This document shows positions 36,205-39,577 of a stretch of 39,577 nt of DNA, in pieces. Below the pieces are notes generated by a model. The model saw only the letters and a list, made by a program, of their open reading frames with translations. It was not told where the DNA came from and made no database searches. The stretch lies in the sequence record MZ648215.1; one strand, written 5' to 3'. Each line of letters begins with the position of its first letter. Positions within the stretch are counted from its first letter, which is position 1. A program made the translations under genes and the position numbers. Source of the stretch: Escherichia phage vB_EcoP_IMEP24.

Positions 36205-36480
36205 ATGACTAAGATAATGGAACGCAGAGCTGCCTATTATAAGCAGGTATACAAGGTGGACTTACAGACTCTAATTGGTATTCTAAAAGAGCAGGGAGGC
36301 TATGAGATATGTGGAAAGAGTATCTCTTTTGAAGGTGCAAAGGTAACAGCTCGCGTGGACCACTGCCACTCTACTGGAGCTATACGTGGTATTATATGCA
36401 ATAGGTGTAATCAGGCACTTGGTATGTTTGGAGATAACGTAGAGGGCATCTACAAGCTCTTAGCATACCTAGGCAAATAG
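36205..36480 (+). CDS. Endonuclease VII-like HNH nuclease (91 aa)
   Basis: DHCHSTGAIRGIICNRCNQALGMFGDN is the His-Me finger motif of the T4 endo VII family (DHDH..G.VRGLLC..CN..G); RBS taggaggg. Confidence 0.75.
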   Translation: MTKIMERRAAYYKQVYKVDLQTLIGILKEQGGYEICGKSISFEGAKVTARVDHCHSTGAIRGIICNRCNQALGMFGDNVEGIYKLLAYLGK

Positions 36481-36490
36481 GAGGGCAACT

Positions 36491-36940
36491 ATGCTCGAAT
36501 TTTTAAAGAGAGCGGCTCCGTGGTTACTTGCAGCAGTGATGTTTGCTGGTGGCTACCACACCGCTAACAATAAGTGGGAGGCTAAGGTAAATGCAGAATA
36601 TACCTCGAACCTTAAGGCATCGGAGGATACAAGGCTTGCTGTCCAAGCTGAAGTCAACAAAGTGTCCAAACGGTTTCAGGACGAAATGTCCTCGCTGGAA
36701 GGCAGCACTGATAGGATTATTGCTGACCTTCAGTCTGACAATAAGCGGCTGCGCATCCGAGTCAAACCTACGAGTGGAACCACGCAAAGTGACGGTCGAT
36801 GCGTCATTGATGGTTACGCCGAACTTGACGAACGAGATGCTAAACGTCTTGTCGCCATCGGACTAAAAGGAGATAAATGGATTAAGGCACTTCAGGACAC
36901 TGTGAGAGCCTTGCAGCAAGATAAGGAGGTGACGCATTGA
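36491..36940 (+). CDS. Rz-like i-spanin (T7 gene 18.5)
   Basis: MLEFL N-terminal TM, [24 protein letters not shown], DxRDAKRL, WIxALQDTxRxLQ match T7 gp18.5. Confidence 0.92.
   Translation: MLEFLKRAAPWLLAAVMFAGGYHTANNKWEAKVNAEYTSNLKASEDTRLAVQAEVNKVSKRFQDEMSSLEGSTDRIIADLQSDNKRLRIRVKPTSGTTQSDGRCVIDGYAELDERDAKRLVAIGLKGDKWIKALQDTVRALQQDKEVTH
36591..36866 (+). CDS. Rz1-like o-spanin lipoprotein embedded in +1 frame of Rz (T7 gene 18.7); true start probably internal
   Basis: [25 protein letters not shown] lipobox-like signal and SLMVxPNLTxEMLNV match T7 gp18.7. Confidence 0.75.
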   Translation: MQNIPRTLRHRRIQGLLSKLKSTKCPNGFRTKCPRWKAALIGLLLTFSLTISGCASESNLRVEPRKVTVDASLMVTPNLTNEMLNVLSPSD

Positions 36941-38700
36941 GTAAAGACTTAGTGGCGCGTCAGGCGCTAATGACTGCCCGTATGAAGGCAGACTTCGTGT
37001 TCTTCCTGTTCGTTCTATGGAAAGCTCTGTCACTCCCAGTCCCGACTCGCTGTCAGATTGACATGGCGAAGAAACTATCGGCTGGGAACAACAGGCGTTT
37101 CATCCTACAGGCGTTCCGTGGTATCGGGAAGTCCTTCATTACGTGTGCCTTCGTGGTATGGAAGCTATGGAATAACCCAGACTTGAAGTTCATGATTGTG
37201 TCGGCCTCAAAGGAACGAGCCGATGCGAACTCCATCTTCATCAAGCGAATCATCGACCTCATGCCTCAGCTTCAGGAACTAAAACCTAAGCAGGGACAAA
37301 GGGATGCTGTTATCAGCTTCGACGTTGGGCCAGCCAAGCCAGACCACTCACCCTCGGTTAAGTCCGTTGGTATCACTGGTCAGTTGACTGGTAGTCGTGC
37401 TGACATCCTGATTGCCGATGACGTGGAGGTTCCTAACAACTCTGCTACTCAGGCTGCGCGAGACCGTCTGTCAGAGCTTGTGAAAGAGTTCGACGCTATC
37501 CTGAAGCCGGGAGGTACAATCATCTATCTGGGTACTCCTCAGAACGAGATGACACTGTATCGTGAGCTTGAAGGTCGTGGGTATACCACTACTATCTGGC
37601 CAGCTCGTTATCCACGCGACAGGAAGGACTGGCAGTCTTACGGAGACCGTCTGGCTCCTATGCTTCAGGCAGAGCTTGAAGAGGACCCTGAGTCCTTCTA
37701 CTGGCGTCCGACTGATGAAGTACGCTTCGATGACACTGACCTGAAGGAACGTGAGCTGTCCTATGGTAAAGCTGGCTTCGCTCTACAGTTCATGCTTAAC
37801 CCAAACCTGAGTGATGCTGAGAAGTACCCTCTGAAGCTCCGTGACCTTATCGTAGCTGACTTGGACCCAGCGTCCAGCCCAATGGTCTACCAATGGTTGC
37901 CGAACCCTCAGAACAAGCGTGAGGACGTTCCTAACGTTGGACTTATGGGTGACTCATACCACACGTATCAGACTGTAGGTTCTGCCTTCAGCTCGTACAC
38001 CCAGAAGATTCTGGTAATTGACCCTAGTGGTCGTGGTAAGGATGAAACTGGTTATGCGGTACTGTATCAGCTCAACGGCTACATCTTCGCTATGGAAGTT
38101 GGTGGTATGCGTGGTGGTTATGAAGACTCTACGCTGGAAGCCTTGGCTAAGATTGGTCGTAAGTGGAAGGTCAACGAATACGTCATTGAGGGTAACTTCG
38201 GTGATGGTATGTACCTTGAGCTATTCAAGCCTGTAGCGGCCCGTATCCATCCTGCGGCTGTAACTGAAGTGAAGAGTAAGGGTCAGAAAGAACTCCGCAT
38301 CTGTGACGTTCTGGAGCCTATCATGGGGTCTCACCGACTTATCGTTAACGCTGCTGCTATCGTCCAAGACTACCAGACAGCCTCTGACAAGGATGGTGTG
38401 CGCAACCCTATCTATTCTCTCTTCTATCAGATGACCCGTATCTCTCGCGAACGTGGGGCCTTGGCACATGATGACCGACTTGATGCGCTGGCTATCGGTG
38501 TACAGTTCTTCGTTGAGTCTATGGCGAAGGATGCCAACAAAGGCGAACGTGAAGTCACTGAGGAGTGGCTGGAGGAACAGATGGAGAACCCACGGAAAGG
38601 CTTCGAGTCCATCCACACTGAGTTCTGGGACAATGGGGTCCGGGTAACTCATGATACGGACGACGAGCTGGGACTAGGGTCATACGTTACGTTCCACTAG
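36937..38700 (+). CDS. Terminase large subunit (T7 gene 19), TTG start
   Basis: [26 protein letters not shown], [16 protein letters not shown] (Walker A), [16 protein letters not shown], [20 protein letters not shown], [38 protein letters not shown]; collinear with T7 gp19. Confidence 0.96.
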   Translation: MSKDLVARQALMTARMKADFVFFLFVLWKALSLPVPTRCQIDMAKKLSAGNNRRFILQAFRGIGKSFITCAFVVWKLWNNPDLKFMIVSASKERADANSIFIKRIIDLMPQLQELKPKQGQRDAVISFDVGPAKPDHSPSVKSVGITGQLTGSRADILIADDVEVPNNSATQAARDRLSELVKEFDAILKPGGTIIYLGTPQNEMTLYRELEGRGYTTTIWPARYPRDRKDWQSYGDRLAPMLQAELEEDPESFYWRPTDEVRFDDTDLKERELSYGKAGFALQFMLNPNLSDAEKYPLKLRDLIVADLDPASSPMVYQWLPNPQNKREDVPNVGLMGDSYHTYQTVGSAFSSYTQKILVIDPSGRGKDETGYAVLYQLNGYIFAMEVGGMRGGYEDSTLEALAKIGRKWKVNEYVIEGNFGDGMYLELFKPVAARIHPAAVTEVKSKGQKELRICDVLEPIMGSHRLIVNAAAIVQDYQTASDKDGVRNPIYSLFYQMTRISRERGALAHDDRLDALAIGVQFFVESMAKDANKGEREVTEEWLEEQMENPRKGFESIHTEFWDNGVRVTHDTDDELGLGSYVTFH

Positions 38701-38794
38701 CTGAATGAATAACTATGGGTGAAAGCTGCATGAATACGCGGTTAGTAACCTATAGTTACTACCAGTCTAACCTACTGTTTTACAAGGAGTTTGG

Positions 38795-38817
38795 ACTTAA
38801 CTATCACTATAGGGAAG
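38795..38817 (+). promoter_or_regulatory. Phage RNAP promoter (right-end phiOR-like)
   Basis: gacttaactatcactatagggaag; +1 G at 38812. Confidence 0.85.
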
Positions 38818-38997
38818 ACCCCCGGTTACTTATAGTATTACTGTAGTGAATATACATATGCAGACTTTATGCAAGACCTTAGGAGGCAGACTCCGAGTTC
38901 TTACCTAAGGCTTGCACCGATGGAAGGAGGGTGATATTAATCATAATCCCTCCAATACAGATAGTCACCGACCATAGATACAGGAGGTATGTAGCAT

Positions 38998-39156
38998 ATG
39001 GCAAAGACCAAAGCTGTACTTAAAGCTCTGGCGACCAATCGAGCTACATACAGGTTTCTTGCTGCTGTTCTACTTGCTGCTGGCGTTACTGCTGGAAGTC
39101 AGTGGGTCGGGTGGGTCGAGACTCTCGTATGTTCTCTGGTGTCTCAGTGTAATTAA
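38998..39156 (+). CDS. Gene 19.5-like small protein (52 aa)
   Basis: Below ORF cutoff; RBS caggagg; TYRFLxxVLxAAG...LVCSLVSQC parallels T7 gp19.5. Confidence 0.65.
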   Translation: MAKTKAVLKALATNRATYRFLAAVLLAAGVTAGSQWVGWVETLVCSLVSQCN

Positions 39157-39189
39157 CGCAATCATGGTAACAATCAACGAAAGACGGAC

Positions 39190-39230
39190 CTAAGGTCAGT
39201 TCATAGCTGACGCTACTCTACTGACCTTAG
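39190..39230. repeat. Perfect 10-bp inverted repeat (CTAAGGTCAG / CTGACCTTAG) with 21-nt loop near right end
   Basis: Read directly from sequence; lies between gene 19.5 and the right terminal repeat. Confidence 0.8.
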
Positions 39231-39393
39231 CTACTGTAGTCAAGGACTTTAGGTAACACCTTAATAGAAGCTCACTTAGGGTCATCCTACTTATTGGTCT
39301 ATCCTAGTGTCGCCTGACCTACGGTCCTTGACCTACAGTGGCTGAGTCCTACAGTAGGGACGATGAGTTTTGGACCAAAAGTTTGAGACCACA

Positions 39394-39577
39394 TCTCACA
39401 CTTCAAGAACCTCAAGTCTCCCCCATAGGCCCTCTTTCAGTCCAGACCAAGGGTGGCCCACCTCCAGTCTATCATAGGGTTGGACCGGCTGTCAATATCT
39501 CAAGTCAACGATTGGTCATGACTATCGGTGGTGGTGGTGACGATAGGTTGGGACTATTGGTCTGTCTCTGAGTCTTT
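39394..39577. repeat. Right direct terminal repeat (184 bp)
   Basis: Identical to 1..184. Confidence 0.9.

Noticed and set aside
38221-38652. 143-aa minus-strand ORF and small + ORFs inside the large terminase gene
   Set aside because: Overlap a strongly supported terminase reading frame; no independent signals
39338-39571. 77-aa + strand ORF
   Set aside because: Runs into the right terminal repeat and off the genome end; no RBS; the same sequence at the left end is non-coding

Overview
This window reads as a complete linear genome of a T7-like podophage (Autographiviridae/Studiervirinae-type), 39,577 bp, bounded by identical 184-bp direct terminal repeats (1..184 = 39394..39577). All convincing genes are on the + strand in canonical T7 order: Ocr-like 0.3, single-subunit RNA polymerase, 1.1, 1.2, DNA ligase, 1.6, 1.7, gp2, SSB gp2.5, endonuclease I, lysozyme/amidase, primase-helicase, DNA polymerase, 5.5, 5.7, exonuclease, 6.5, 6.7, 7, 7.3, portal, scaffold, capsid 10A/10B, tail tubular A and B, internal virion proteins 13-16, tailspike, holin, small terminase, Rz/Rz1, large terminase, 19.5. 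Protein identities are from recalled T7 protein sequences, not a database search. I found two sigma70-type early promoters, twelve phage-RNAP promoters with consensus CTAAACTATCACTATAGG(G)A (differs from T7 at -11 to -9), TE-like and Tphi-like terminators, RNase III-type hairpins, and a T7-style GGTTTTC -1 frameshift site at the end of 10A. Points deserving a second look are: a 373-bp patch between tailspike and holin carrying an antisense fragment that encodes the enterobacterial SSB C-terminal tail (…NEPPMDFDDDIPF*); an Ocr with a ~70-aa non-acidic C-terminal extension; a DUF3850/ASCH-like gene between genes 11 and 12; an endonuclease VII-type HNH gene between small terminase and Rz; an AT-rich beta-helix-like receptor-binding module in gp17; a gp16 N-terminus unlike the T7 transglycosylase domain; and uncharacterised early genes where T7 has 0.4-0.7. 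No 0.7 protein kinase is present.
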